In this document: positions 24,603 through 36,989 of the stretch, piece after piece | Layout of the letters: every line of letters starts with the position of its first letter | Numbering within the stretch: the stretch's first letter is position 1 | NCBI GenBank assembly: GCA_038087875.1 | Contig: JAXLNO010000202.1 | Coordinates: 186,001 to 250,000 of the forward strand | DNA length: 64,000 nucleotides | Direction of reading: 5' to 3' | Source: Malacoraja senta | Taxonomy: Eukaryota | Made by a program: the position numbers and the translations under genes | Notes under the pieces: generated by a model | What the model was told of the DNA's origin: nothing | The model's database searches: none | Seen by the model: only the letters and a program-made list of their open reading frames with translations

Positions 24603-25286
24603 GACGCACCATTTCTTTTCCATAACCTGAAACCTGGCCTTCCTGTTTTTTTAATTTTAATTAAAAAGTTGAGGATTTGGCATTGAGAGGGAGGGAGTAA
24701 GCAATGTATTGTTGGCCTGTAGAGTCGATGACATTCAATATTGTCATAATATCCTCCTCCAGCCCTCTTCAACTAACAAGTGGCAACTGATAGAATGACT
24801 ATCACACCTGAAAGCACTATCCTTGAATCAATATCAAACTGAGTTAAGGTGAGATCTGTAAACAATAGACTTCACACGCTAGCATTGTGGAGTTTGCAGG
24901 TGATGCTACGTTATAAAGATTTCTACTGTGCAACGACACAGAAAACACCGTTTTCCACGTAGTCCCAACATTAACCTGAGACGGAATCTTCACAGAGCAT
25001 TTTCCCGGGAATTCACCGTCTATAATGAAGAGTTACCCTGAACTCACCCGTGAAACAACATCTTCACAGACAGCTCCTCACCACTGGATTCCTGAGCAGC
25101 CGCAGCAGTCTAAAGGGACGAGGTGATGTCTGGGACCTCCAATGAAGGAAGGTCCATCAGACTGGGGGATGGGGGGGGGGATATCTGCCATTCAACCAGG
25201 GGGCTCTAGTGTATCCTACACACTAGGGTCGACTCTCAATGTACCAGCAACAGAACAGCAGCATACTGAATTGATGCAGCTTTGGA

Positions 25287-25878
25287 CGGCACGGTGGTGC
25301 AGCGGTAGAGTTGCTGCCTCACAGCACCAGAGACCCGGGTTCCATCCTGACTATGGGTGCTGTCTGTACGGAGTTTGGTCGTTCTCCCCGTGACCTGCGT
25401 GGGTTTACTCCGAGATCTTTGGTTTCCTCCCACACTCCAATCTTCTTCTTGCATTTGAGGCAGCAGAAGTTATGTAACGCCCCTCAGGCGCTGGAGCCAG
25501 TGCAATGCAATGATGGTGGTCTTGGCCTTGGTGAGGCCTTGCACATTCAGCTGCTGCAGCGTGATGCCCTGCTCCAGCTTGGCGCCAAGCTGCGGCCACT
25601 AAGGCTGCATTAGGGCTGCAAGCTGTTGTTGGTTTGTTGGTTGTTATTTCTGCTGCTGTCTCTGTTAGTTGTCGTTCATCTGCCTGACGTCAGTTGACAG
25701 CGTTCACCATGGGGAGGCGGGCAACATGACGTGCAGGATTGTAGCTTCAGTAGCTTGATCAAAATGTCAATTGTTCCTTGTGTGTTTAGGATAGTGTTAG
25801 TGTGCAGGGGGTCGCTGGTCGACGTGGACTCGGTGGCTGAAGGGCCTGTTTCCGTGCTGTATGTCTAAACTAAACTAA
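25287..25878 (+). mobile_element. V-SINE (HE1-like) interrupted by a ~325-bp insert
   Basis: Head and V-domain at 25287-25440; tail resumes at ~25765-25878. Confidence 0.75.
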
Positions 25879-25907
25879 AAAGACAGTGAAATGAGTGCGA
25901 CGATTAG

Positions 25908-26176
25908 GATGAGGGAGAGACGTAGAGAGAGGGATGGAGAAGGAGGGATGGAGAGAGAGAGGGATGGAGAGAGAGGGATGGAGAGAGAAAGGGATGGAGA
26001 GAGAGGGATGGAGAGAGAGAGAGAGAGATGGAGAGAGAGAAGGAGAGAGAGATGGAGAGAGAGAGGGATGGAGAGAGAGAGGGATGGAGAGAGAGGGAGA
26101 GAGAGGGATGGACAGAGAGAGGGATGGAGAAGGAGGGATGGAGAGAGAGAGGGGATGGAGAGGGAGAGAGGGATGG

Positions 26177-26207
<31 letters not shown>

Positions 26208-26595
26208 ATGGAGAGAGAGGGATGGAGAGAGAGAGAGAGGGAGAGAGAGAGGGACGGAGAGAGAGGGATGGAGAGAGAGAGAGAGGGACGGAGAGAGAGA
26301 TGGAGAGAGAGGGATGGAGAGAGAGGGATGGACAGAGAGAGGGATAGAGAGAGAGGGATGGAGAGAGAGAGGGATGGAGCGAGAGATGGAGAGAGAGAGG
26401 GAGAGAGAGAGGGATGGAGAGAGAGAGAGGGATGGAGAGAGAGGGATGGACAGAGAGAGGGATAGAGAGAGAGGGATGGAGAGAGAGAGGGATGGAGCGA
26501 GAGATGGAGAGAGAGAGGGAGAGAGAGAGGGATGGAGAGAGAGAGAGGGATGGAGAGAGAGAGGGATGGAGAGAGAGGGATGGAGAGAGAGAGAG
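25908..26595. repeat. Polypurine (GA)n/GGGATG repeat next to the exon 2 donor
   Basis: GAGAGAGAGGGATG variants. Confidence 0.95.
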
Positions 26596-26615
26596 GTGGT
26601 GTGCAGGTTACTCAC

Positions 26616-26808
26616 ATGGTGAAGACATCGATGGTGTCACCAGCACCTCGAACCAACTCAAAGTTGTTCTGCAGGATGGTGACGGTCCCGGTGAGAGCTT
26701 CATGGCCACAGCCACAGAAGAGGGCCACGCCCGCGTAGAGGAGGATAGTAGCGATGAGCGAGGCGTAGGGAATGCCACCCAAACACTTGATGCAACACTC
26801 GAAGCATC
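26616..26808 (-). CDS. gpm6a: gpm6a coding exon (homolog of exon 2): N-terminal Cys cluster and TM1
   Basis: Minus strand reads ttgcAG|GA TGC TTC GAG...ACC AT|GTGAGT. Translates to (G)[63 protein letters not shown](M), near-identical to vertebrate M6a. 193 bp, enters in phase 1. Confidence 0.97.
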
Positions 26809-28084
26809 CTGCAACACAACAGAGCAAGGCTCAGCAACCTGCAGCCAATACTGTCCGCAGTACAACAGGTTCATCGCAGCTAATGCCATGGAGACGCTGC
26901 AGAAACGGGTGACCAGAATGTAGAAACCAAGAACTGCAGATAGACCCAGAGTGCTGGAGTAACTCAGCGGGTCAGGCAGCATCTGTGGAGAACATGGATA
27001 GGTGACGTTTCACACAGTGCTGGAGTAACTCAGTGGGTCAGGCAGCATCTGTGGAGAACATGGATAGGTGACGTTTCACAGAGTGCTGGAGTAACTCAGC
27101 GGGTCAGGCAGCATCTGTGGAGAACAAGGGACCTGAAATCTCTATCCTTTTTTCCCAGAGAGGCTGTCTAACCTGCTGAGTTACTCCAGCACTTTGCATC
27201 TATCTTAGGTTTACCAGAATGTTGCCTGGATTAGGGGGTATTAACTACAAGGAAAGGTTGGACGGACTTGGATTGTTTTCTCTGGAACATCAGAAGTTGA
27301 GGGGAGACTTGATAAAAGTTGATAAAATAATGAGAGGAATAGATAGGTTGGATCGTCAGAACCTTTTTCCCAAATTGGAAATATCCAACATTTGAGGGGC
27401 ATAGGTACAAGTGAGAGGGGAATGTTTAATGGAGATGTGTGGGGAAAGTGTTTTATACAGAGGGTGGTGGGTGCCTGGAACACACTGCTAGGGGTGGTGG
27501 TGGAGGCAGATATGATAATGGTGTTTTAGAGGCTTTTGGATAGGCACATGGATATGCAGAGAATGGAGGGATATGGATCACGTGCAGGCAGGGGAGATCA
27601 GTTTAACTTGGCATTGTGTTGGTTAACTTGGCATTGTGGGTCCGAAGGGCCCGTTGCCGGCTACGGGAGTAAGATCGTCCCGTCAACGGAAGGAATGTGG
27701 AGGAGTCACTGTGGTGGATGTTTACGTTAAAATGTGTTTTGTGTGTTCTGTTGGTTTTTATTAGTATGACTGTACGGCAAATCAAATTCCTCGTATGTTG
27801 CAAAACATACTTGGCTAATAAAGTATTATTATGATTGTGTTCCCGTACTGTACTGTGCAGAGTTCCAAAGAACACTGAGTCCCAGAACAAGGTGAGGGGG
27901 TGGATGGTGAAGGGGAAGGTTGGTACGAGTGGATGGGCTGGGAGATCTCTTCCTGCAAACTCAGAAACGCTACAGGAAGCCAGTGGCAATGACCTCGGCA
28001 CATGGTAGCAGAGTTGTGGCTGCAGGAGGTGAGCGATCTTGTGTTTACTGTGCTTACAGGCCTAGGTGTAGGTGGAGTGGGCCG

Positions 28085-28347
28085 CTGGAGGCCCTGCAGC
28101 AGCCTGGGTCTCAGTTAGACCAGGCCTCACTGGAGGCCCTGCAGCAGCCTGGGGCTCATTTAGACCAGGCCTCACTGAAGGCCCAGCAGCACCATGGGTC
28201 TCAGTTAGACCAGGCCTCAATGGAGGCCCTGCAGCAGCCTGGGGCTCAGTTAGACCAGTCCTCAATTGAGGCCCTGCAGCAGCCTGGGGCTCAGTTAGAC
28301 CAGTCCTCACTGGAGGCCCAGCAGCAGCCTGGGGCACCATTAGACCA
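28085..28347. repeat. 45-bp minisatellite (~6 copies)
   Basis: Unit GGAGGCCCTGCAGCAGCCTGGGGCTCAGTTAGACCAGGCCTCACT. Confidence 0.9.
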
Positions 28348-28737
28348 GTGTGTGGACCAGATGTAGCCTGCATTGGCATAGAGAGGTGGAGCAGTGGTGG
28401 AGACACTGACCACATCACCAGGCCAGGCCCAGCCCACCCTGCAACTCCCATCCATTGCCGTCACCACGACAACAGGCCTTCACAGCCAAGTTTAGACTCT
28501 GTGCTTGCAAGGTACAAAATGGGGCTGGAAATGTGGCGATTCTTTGTATACTGCCTCAGGAGAAATCTACTATTCACACTACAGTTATTGCTCTTTCATT
28601 TGTGTGTGATTGTTGTACTTGTAGAGTGTAATTTCATTTATTATGGTCACGTGTGTGTGCCGAGGTACCGTGAAAAGCTTTTGTTTGAGTTGTCAATAGT
28701 CCAAGAAAAGACTAAACATGATTACAATCCAGCTGAG

Positions 28738-31384
28738 CACAGTGCACACGTACAGGATCAAGGTCACAGTGCACACATACAGGATCAAGGTCACAGTGCA
28801 CACATACAGGATCAAGGTCACAGTGCACACATACAGGATCAAGGTCACAGTGCACACATACAGGATCAAGGTTACAGTGCACACATACAGGATCAAGGTC
28901 ACAGTGCACACATACAGGATCAAGGTCACAGTGCACACATACAGGATCAAGGTCACAGTGCACACATACAGGATCAAGGTCACAGTGCACACATACAGGA
29001 TCAAGGTCACAGTGCACACATACAGGATCAAGGTTACAGTGCACACATACAGGATCAAGGTCACAGTGCACACATACAGGATCAAGGTCACAGTGCACAC
29101 ATACAGGATCAAGGTCACAGTGCACACATACAGGATCAAGGTTACAGTGCACACATACAGGATCAAGGTCACAGTGCACACATACAGGATCAAGGTCACA
29201 GTGCACACATACAGGATCAAGGTCACAGTGCACACATACAGGATCAAGGTCACAGTGCACACATACAGGATCAAGGTCACAGTGCACACATACAGGATCA
29301 AGGTCACAGTGCACACATACAGGATCAAGGTTACAGTGCACACATACAGGATCAAGGTCACAGTGCACACATACAGGATCAAGGTCACAGTGCACACATA
29401 CAGGATCAAGGTCACAGTGCACACATACAGGATCAAGGTCACAGTGCACACATACAGGATCAAGGTCACAGTGCACACATACAGGATCAAGGTCACAGTG
29501 CACACGTACAGGATCAAGGTCACAGTGCACACATACAGGATCAAGGTCACAGTGCACACATACAGGATCAAGGTCACAGTGCACACATACAGGATCAAGG
29601 TTACAGTGCACACATACAGGATCAAGGTCACAGTGCACACATACAGGATCAAGGTCACAGTGCACACATACAGGATCAAGGTTACAGTGCACACATACAG
29701 GATCAAGGTCACAGTGCACACATACAGGATCAAGGTCACAGTGCACACATACAGGATCAAGGTTACAGTGCACACATACAGGATCAAGGTCACAGTGCAC
29801 ACATACAGGATCAAGGTTACAGTGCACACATACAGGATCAAGGTCACAGTGCACACATACAGGATCAAGGTCACAGTGCACACATACAGGATCAAGGTCA
29901 CAGTGCACACATACAGGATCAAGGTCACAGTGCACACATACAGGATCAAGGTCACAGTGCACACATACAGGATCAAGGTCACAGTGCACACATACAGGAT
30001 CAAGGTCACAGTGCACACATACAGGATCAAGGTCACAGTGCACACATACAGGATCAAGGTCACAGTGCACACATACAGGATCAAGGTCACAGTGCACACA
30101 TACAGGATCAAGGTCACAGTGCACACATACAGGATCAAGGTCACAGTGCACACATACAGGATCAAGGTCACAGTGCACACATACAGGATCAAGGTCACAG
30201 TGCACACATACAGGATCAAGGTTACAGTGCACACATACAGGATCAAGGTCACAGTGCACACATACAGGATCAAGGTCACAGTGCACACATACAGGATCAA
30301 GGTTACAGTGCACACATACAGGATCAAGGTCACAGTGCACACATACAGGATCAAGGTCACAGTGCACACATACAGGATCAAGGTCACAGTGCACACATAC
30401 AGGATCAAGGTCACAGTGCACACATACAGGATCAAGGTTACAGTGCACACATACAGGATCAAGGTCACAGTGCACACATACAGGATCAAGGTCACAGTGC
30501 ACACATACAGGATCAAGGTCACAGTGCACACATACAGGATCAAGGTCACAGTGCACACATACAGGATCAAGGTCACAGTGCACACATACAGGATCAAGGT
30601 CACAGTGCACACATACAGGATCAAGGTCACAGTGCACACATACAGGATCAAGGTCACAGTGCACACATACAGGATCAAGGTCACAGTGCACACATACAGG
30701 ATCAAGGTCACAGTGCACACATACAGGATCAAGGTCACAGTGCACACATACAGGATCAAGGTCACAGTGCACACATACAGGATCAAGGTCACAGTGCACA
30801 CATACAGGATCAAGGTCACAGTGCACACATACAGGATCAAGGTCACAGTGCACACATACAGGATCAAGGTCACAGTGCACACATACAGGATCAAGGTCAC
30901 AGTGCACACGTACAGGATCAAGGTCACAGTGCACACATACAGGATCAAGGTCACAGTGCACACATACAGGATCAAGGTTACAGTGCACACATACAGGATC
31001 AAGGTCACAGTGCACACATACAGGATCAAGGTCACAGTGCACACATACAGGATCAAGGTCACAGTGCACACATACAGGATCAAGGTCACAGTGCACACAT
31101 ACAGGATCAAGGTCACAGTGCACACATACAGGATCAAGGTCACAGTGCACACATACAGGATCAAGGTCACAGTGCACACATACAGGATCAAGGTCACAGT
31201 GCACACATACAGGATCAAGGTCACAGTGCACACATACAGGATCAAGGTCACAGTGCACACATACAGGATCAAGGTCACAGTGCACACATACAGGATCAAG
31301 GTTACAGTGCACACATACAGGATCAAGGTCACAGTGCACACATACAGGATCAAGGTCACAGTGCACACATACAGGATCAAGGTT
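28738..31384. repeat. 27-bp minisatellite, ~98 nearly identical copies
   Basis: Unit CACAGTGCACACATACAGGATCAAGGT with two recurrent single-base variants. Confidence 0.98.
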
Positions 31385-31439
31385 ATTCTGGGCAAGATTT
31401 AACATTGAAGTCTGTTTAAAAAAGGTCACTCCAACACCC

Positions 31440-32445
31440 GCCCCCCCCCCCCACCACTCCCCCCCCCCACCACTCCCCCCCCCCACCACTCCCCCCCCCA
31501 CCACTCCCCCCCCCACCACTCCCCCTCCCCACCACTCCCCCTCCCCACCACTCCCCCCCCCACCACTCCCCCCCCCCACCACTCCCCCTCCCCACCACTC
31601 CCCCCCCCACCACTCCCCCCCCCCACCACTCCCCCTCCCCACCACTCCCCCCCCACCACTCCCCCTCCCCACCACTCCCCCCCCCACCACTCCCCCCCCC
31701 CACCACTCCCCCCCCCACCACTCCCCCCCCCCCACCACTCCCCCCCCCCACCACTCCCCCCCCCCCACCACTCCCCCCCCCACCACTCCCCCCCCCCCAC
31801 CACTCCCCCCCCCCCACCACTCCCCCCCCCACCACTCCCCCCCCCCCCACCCCCCCCCCACCACTCCCCCCCCCCACCACTCCCCCTCCCCCAACACCCA
31901 TCCCCCAACATCCCCACCACTCCCCCCCCCCACCACTCCCCCCCCCACCACTCCCCCTCCCCACCACTCCCCCTCCCCACCACTCCCCCTCCCCACCACT
32001 CCCCCTCCCCACCACTCCCCCCCCCCACCACTCCCCCCCCCCACCACTCCCCCCCCCCACCACTCCCCCTCCCCACCACTCCCCCCCCCACCACTCCCCC
32101 TCCCCACCACTCCCCCCCCCCACCACTCCCCCCCCACCACTCCCCCCCCCACCACTCCCCCCCCCCACCACACCCCCCCCCACCACTCCCCCTCCCCCAC
32201 CACCCATCCCCAACACCCTCCCCCAACACTCCCCCTCCCCCAACACCCATCCCCAACATCCCCAACACCCCCCCCCCCCACCACTCCCCCTCCCCCAACA
32301 CCCATCCCCAACACCCCTCCCGACACCCCTCCCGACACCCCTCCCCCAACATCCCCAACACCCCTCCCCCAACACCCATCCCCTACACCCCTCCCAACAC
32401 CCCTCCCCCAACATCCCCAACACCCCTCCTCCAACCCTCCTCACC
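31440..32445. repeat. C-rich (CCACCACTCn)n low-complexity array; G-rich on the gene sense strand
   Basis: Direct reading. Confidence 0.95.
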
Positions 32446-32619
32446 CCACTCCAAGTGTGGCCTCACCAATGTCTTGTATAACTGTAATGTAACATCCCAA
32501 CTCCTCCACTTAATGCCCTGCCTGATGAAGACCAGTGTGACTAAATGCCACACTCGATGGCCACACAGTCACAAGTAGGCCAAGGACGATCGCCGGGCAG
32601 AGTAAACATGGGCACAACG

Positions 32620-32641
32620 AGGGTGTGTGTGTGTGTGTGTG

Positions 32642-32715
<74 letters not shown>

Positions 32716-32864
32716 AGTATGTGTGTGTGTGTGTGTGTGTGTGTGAGGGTGTGTGTGAGTGTGTGTGTGTGTGAGTGAGTGCGTGTGAGTGTGTGTGTGT
32801 GTGTGTGTGAGAGTGTGTGTGAGGGTGTGTGTGAGTGTGTGAGTGTGTGTGTGTATGTATGTGA

Positions 32865-32904
<40 letters not shown>

Positions 32905-32926
32905 GTGTGTGTGAGTGTGTATGTGA

Positions 32927-32965
<39 letters not shown>

Positions 32966-33002
32966 TGTGTGCATGTGTGTGCGTGTGTGTGTGTGTATGT
33001 GA

Positions 33003-33038
<36 letters not shown>

Positions 33039-33104
33039 TGTGTGAGTGTGTGTGTGTGTGAGTGAGTGTGTGTGAGTGTGTGTGTGTGTGTGAGAGTGTG
33101 TGTG

Positions 33105-33154
<50 letters not shown>

Positions 33155-33345
33155 TGTGTGCGTGTGTGTGCGTGTGTGTGTGTGTGAGGGTGTGTGTGAG
33201 TGTGTGTGTGTGTGTGAGTGAGTGTGTGTGAGTGAGTGTGTGTGAGTGAGTGTGTGTGAGTGAGTGTGTGTGAGTGAGTGTGTGTGTGTATGTGTGTGTG
33301 TGCGCGTGTGTGTGAGGGTATGTGAGTGTGTGAGTGTGTGAGTAT

Positions 33346-33400
<55 letters not shown>

Positions 33401-33439
33401 TGTGTGTGAGGGTATGTGAGTGTGTGTGTGTGTGAGTAT

Positions 33440-33484
<45 letters not shown>

Positions 33485-33665
33485 AGTGAGTGTGTGTGTG
33501 AGTGTGTGAGTATGTGTGAGTATGCGTGAGTGTGTGTGTGTGTGTGTGTGTGTGAGTGTGTGTGTGTGAGTGTGCGTGTGTGTGAGGGTGTGTGTGAGTG
33601 TGTGAGTGTGTGTGTGTGTGTGTGTGTATGTGAGTATGTGTGTGTGTGTGTGTGTGTGAGGGTGT

Positions 33666-33730
<65 letters not shown>

Positions 33731-33797
33731 AGTATGTGTGTGTGTGTGTGTGTGTGTGTGAGGGTGTGTGTGAGTGTGTGTGTGTGTGAGTGAGTGT

Positions 33798-33832
<35 letters not shown>

Positions 33833-33875
33833 TGTGTGTGAGGGTGTGTGTGAGTGTGTCTGTGTATGTATGTGA

Positions 33876-33911
<36 letters not shown>

Positions 33912-33936
33912 GTGTGTGTGAGTGTGTATGTGAGTA

Positions 33937-33968
<32 letters not shown>

Positions 33969-34005
33969 TGTGTGCATGTGTGTGCGTGTGTGTGTGTGTA
34001 TGTGA

Positions 34006-34039
<34 letters not shown>

Positions 34040-34108
34040 GTGTGTGTGAGTGTGTGTGTGTGTGAGTGAGTGTGTGTGAGTGTGTGTGTGTGTGTGAGAG
34101 TGTGTGTG

Positions 34109-34152
<44 letters not shown>

Positions 34153-34339
34153 TGTGTGCGTGTGTGTGCGTGTGTGTGTGTGAGGGTGTGTGTGAGTGTG
34201 TGTGTGTGTGTGAGTGAGTGTGTGTGAGTGAGTGTGTGTGAGTGAGTGTGTGTGAGTGAGTGTGTGTGAGTGAGTGTGTGTGTATGTGTGTGTGTGCGCG
34301 TGTGTGTGAGGGTATGTGAGTGTGTGAGTGTGTGAGTAT

Positions 34340-34386
<47 letters not shown>

Positions 34387-34431
34387 AGTGAGTGTGTGTG
34401 TGAGTGTGTGAGTATGTGTGAGTATGCGTGA

Positions 34432-34478
<47 letters not shown>

Positions 34479-34495
34479 TGTGAGTGTGTGAGTAT

Positions 34496-34542
<47 letters not shown>

Positions 34543-34743
34543 AGTGAGTGTGTGTGTGAGTGTGTGAGTATGTGTGAGTATGCGTGAGTGTGTGTGTGTG
34601 TGTGTGTGTGTGAGTGTGTGTGTGTGAGTGTGCGTGTGCGTTTGTGTGTGTGTGTGAGTGAATGTGTGTGTGTGTGTGTGTGCGTGAGTGTGCGTGTGTG
34701 TGTGAGTGTGAGTGAGTGTGTGTGTGTGTGCGTGAGTGTGTGT
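32620..34743. repeat. ~2.1-kb compound (TG)n microsatellite
   Basis: (TG)n interrupted by recurring GAG/TAT/GCG variants. Confidence 0.97.
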
Positions 34744-35204
34744 CGCCTTTATCCCACTGAAGTGGGGCCTGAGTCAAACACAAAGCAGACCGCTCCTCGG
34801 ATGTCACATTGAGAGAATGCGGAGCTCAGGCTGTTTACAAAGACAGTTCTCTGGGACCTTTCAGTGACTCAGGCATCATCTCAGCTTCCTGCCAAGGACA
34901 TTGCCTCTGGCACTTCCCAGAGCCATGGCCCAGGTCCCAGCCAACAAGAGGAGGTTGGCAGTGTGGTTCCCGGGGTCATGAGGGGGTTCTGGATGAAGAT
35001 GAAATACAACGTTGAATTGTGAAACTGCATTATTGGTTCCTGAAGACAGGACATAAACAAACAAGCCCGTTTCCTCACTGCACACTGAGAACGTGGGTGG
35101 GGGAGGGGTATTGTCTTTCCGCTGACTGGTTAGCACGCAACAAAAGCTTTTCACTGTACCTGTACATTCTCACTGTACACATGACAATAAACTAAACTCA
35201 AACC

Positions 35205-35640
35205 CGGTGGACACAAAAAGCTGGAGTAAGTCAGCGGGACAGTCAGCATATTTGGAAAGAAGGAATAGGTGACGTTTTGGGTCAAGACCCTTCTTCAGAC
35301 TAGAGTTAGGGGAAAGGGAAACAAGGGATACAGGCAGTGAGGTGGAGAGATATAGAACAAGTGAATGAAAGAAATGCAAAGTAATGATGATAAAAGTTAA
35401 CAGGCCATTGTTAGCTGTCTGTAGGGTGAAGACAAGAAGTTAGTGAGACTTGGGAGGGGAAGGAATAGAGAGAGAGGGAATGCCGGGGTTACTTGAAGTT
35501 AGGGAAATCAATGTTCATACCGCTGGGGTGTAAGTTGCCCAAGTGTGTGTGTGCGTGAGTGTGCGTGTGCGTGTGTGTGTGTGTGATGAGATGCTGTTCC
35601 TCCAACTTGTGTTTAGCTTCACTCAGACAATGGAGGAGGC
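35205..35640 (-). mobile_element. Penelope-like 3' fragment with degenerate hammerhead-like motif
   Basis: Minus strand has CTGAAGAAGGGTCTTGACCCAAAACGTC at ~35271-35298. Sequence near 35590-35640 is homologous to 8020-8075. Confidence 0.6.
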
Positions 35641-36989
35641 ACATTGTCAAGACTGCTCAATTCGCCAGGACCTACCTGATCTGTTCATTCCAGGAAGAAT
35701 TTCAACATCAAACGTCACATGAAGGACAGTCCCAGAGCCCACCATGAAGGGCAGATCCTCATTCACCCTCTCCCTGACATTATGTGAGGCAGGGATTAGT
35801 GTGACTGTCTACTCTCTCTGTAACTGGCAGATAAGAGAGGCCACAAAGCCCAGCAAATTGTTCCAGTTCCAAAGTACAAGTAATCTTTATCGTCTTTCAT
35901 TATGTCTTTTGCTTCAGATTGCAACATAAAAGTCGATATGCTTGCTTACAGATTTACAGCTTGTTAGATTGGGAGATTTATAAACTATGAAAGCTGAACA
36001 ATCACACAGCTGTTTAATCTTACACCAATTTGCACAATTTATATTAATTACTTCTGTGGAATAATAACTGTTCTTCTTAGTGCTACACTGAGATTTTAAA
36101 GATTTCTGCCTTCATAATATAATGTAGTCATATTCATAGGATCACACAGAATGGAAACAGGCCCCTCAGCCCAATCTGTCATGCCTCATCTAAGCCAGTC
36201 CCATCTGCCTGCATTTGGCACATATCCTTCTAAACCTTCTTATCTACAGGATGGGTCGTGGACATTCATCTTCTCATCTTGACTGAATTCCCCAAAGTCA
36301 GTGTTAATAAAGGTGTGGGCAAACTGTGGGAGTCTTTACTCGTCACAGTCGGAGTTTGAGGGGTGACCTGATAGAAGTATATAAAATAATGAGAAGAATA
36401 GATAGGGCAGACAGTCAGAACCTTTTCCCAGAATGGAAATATCATAGATTCAATGATTCGATGAAACTTTATTGTCACATGTACCTAAGTGCAGTGAAAA
36501 AGCTTTGTTTTTGCATACAATCAGGTTAAATCATACAGTAGGCCTCACCTGGACAATACACAAATGTTGCCACGTTTCTGGTGCCCACATAGACAGACTA
36601 GAGGCCAAAGTTTAAGGTGAGAGGGGCAAAGTTTAAAGGTGACGTGCGGGGCAAGTGTTTTACACAGAGGGTGGCAAGTGCCTGGAACATGCTGCCAGGG
36701 GTGGTGATGGAGGCAGATACCATAGTGGTGTTTAAGAGGCTGTTGGATAGGTGCATGGATATGCAGGGAGTGGAGGGATATGGATCACGTGCAGCCAGAT
36801 ACAATCAGTTTAGCGGCATTATGTTCAGCAGAGACATTGGGGGGCAATGGACCTGTTCCTGTGCTGGACTGCTCTATGTTCTACATTCTACCTTCTAGGT
36901 AATGTTATTGAAGATGGGGCCCGATCCGAATGCCAGTGATCCAGGTTCTCCAGAGATGTTGCTCATGTGACTTATGGACATATGGACCA

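Noticed and set aside
28348..32434. 900-1240 aa ORFs on both strands (HSAHIQDQG, CVHCDLDPV repeats) resembling His/Cys-rich metal-binding proteins
   Set aside because: They are translations of a 27-bp (multiple of 3) stop-free minisatellite derived from a LINE tail. They are open in several frames on both strands, with no unique domain or splice context.
32510..34807. His/Thr-rich 765-aa ORF
   Set aside because: Translation of a (CA)n microsatellite.
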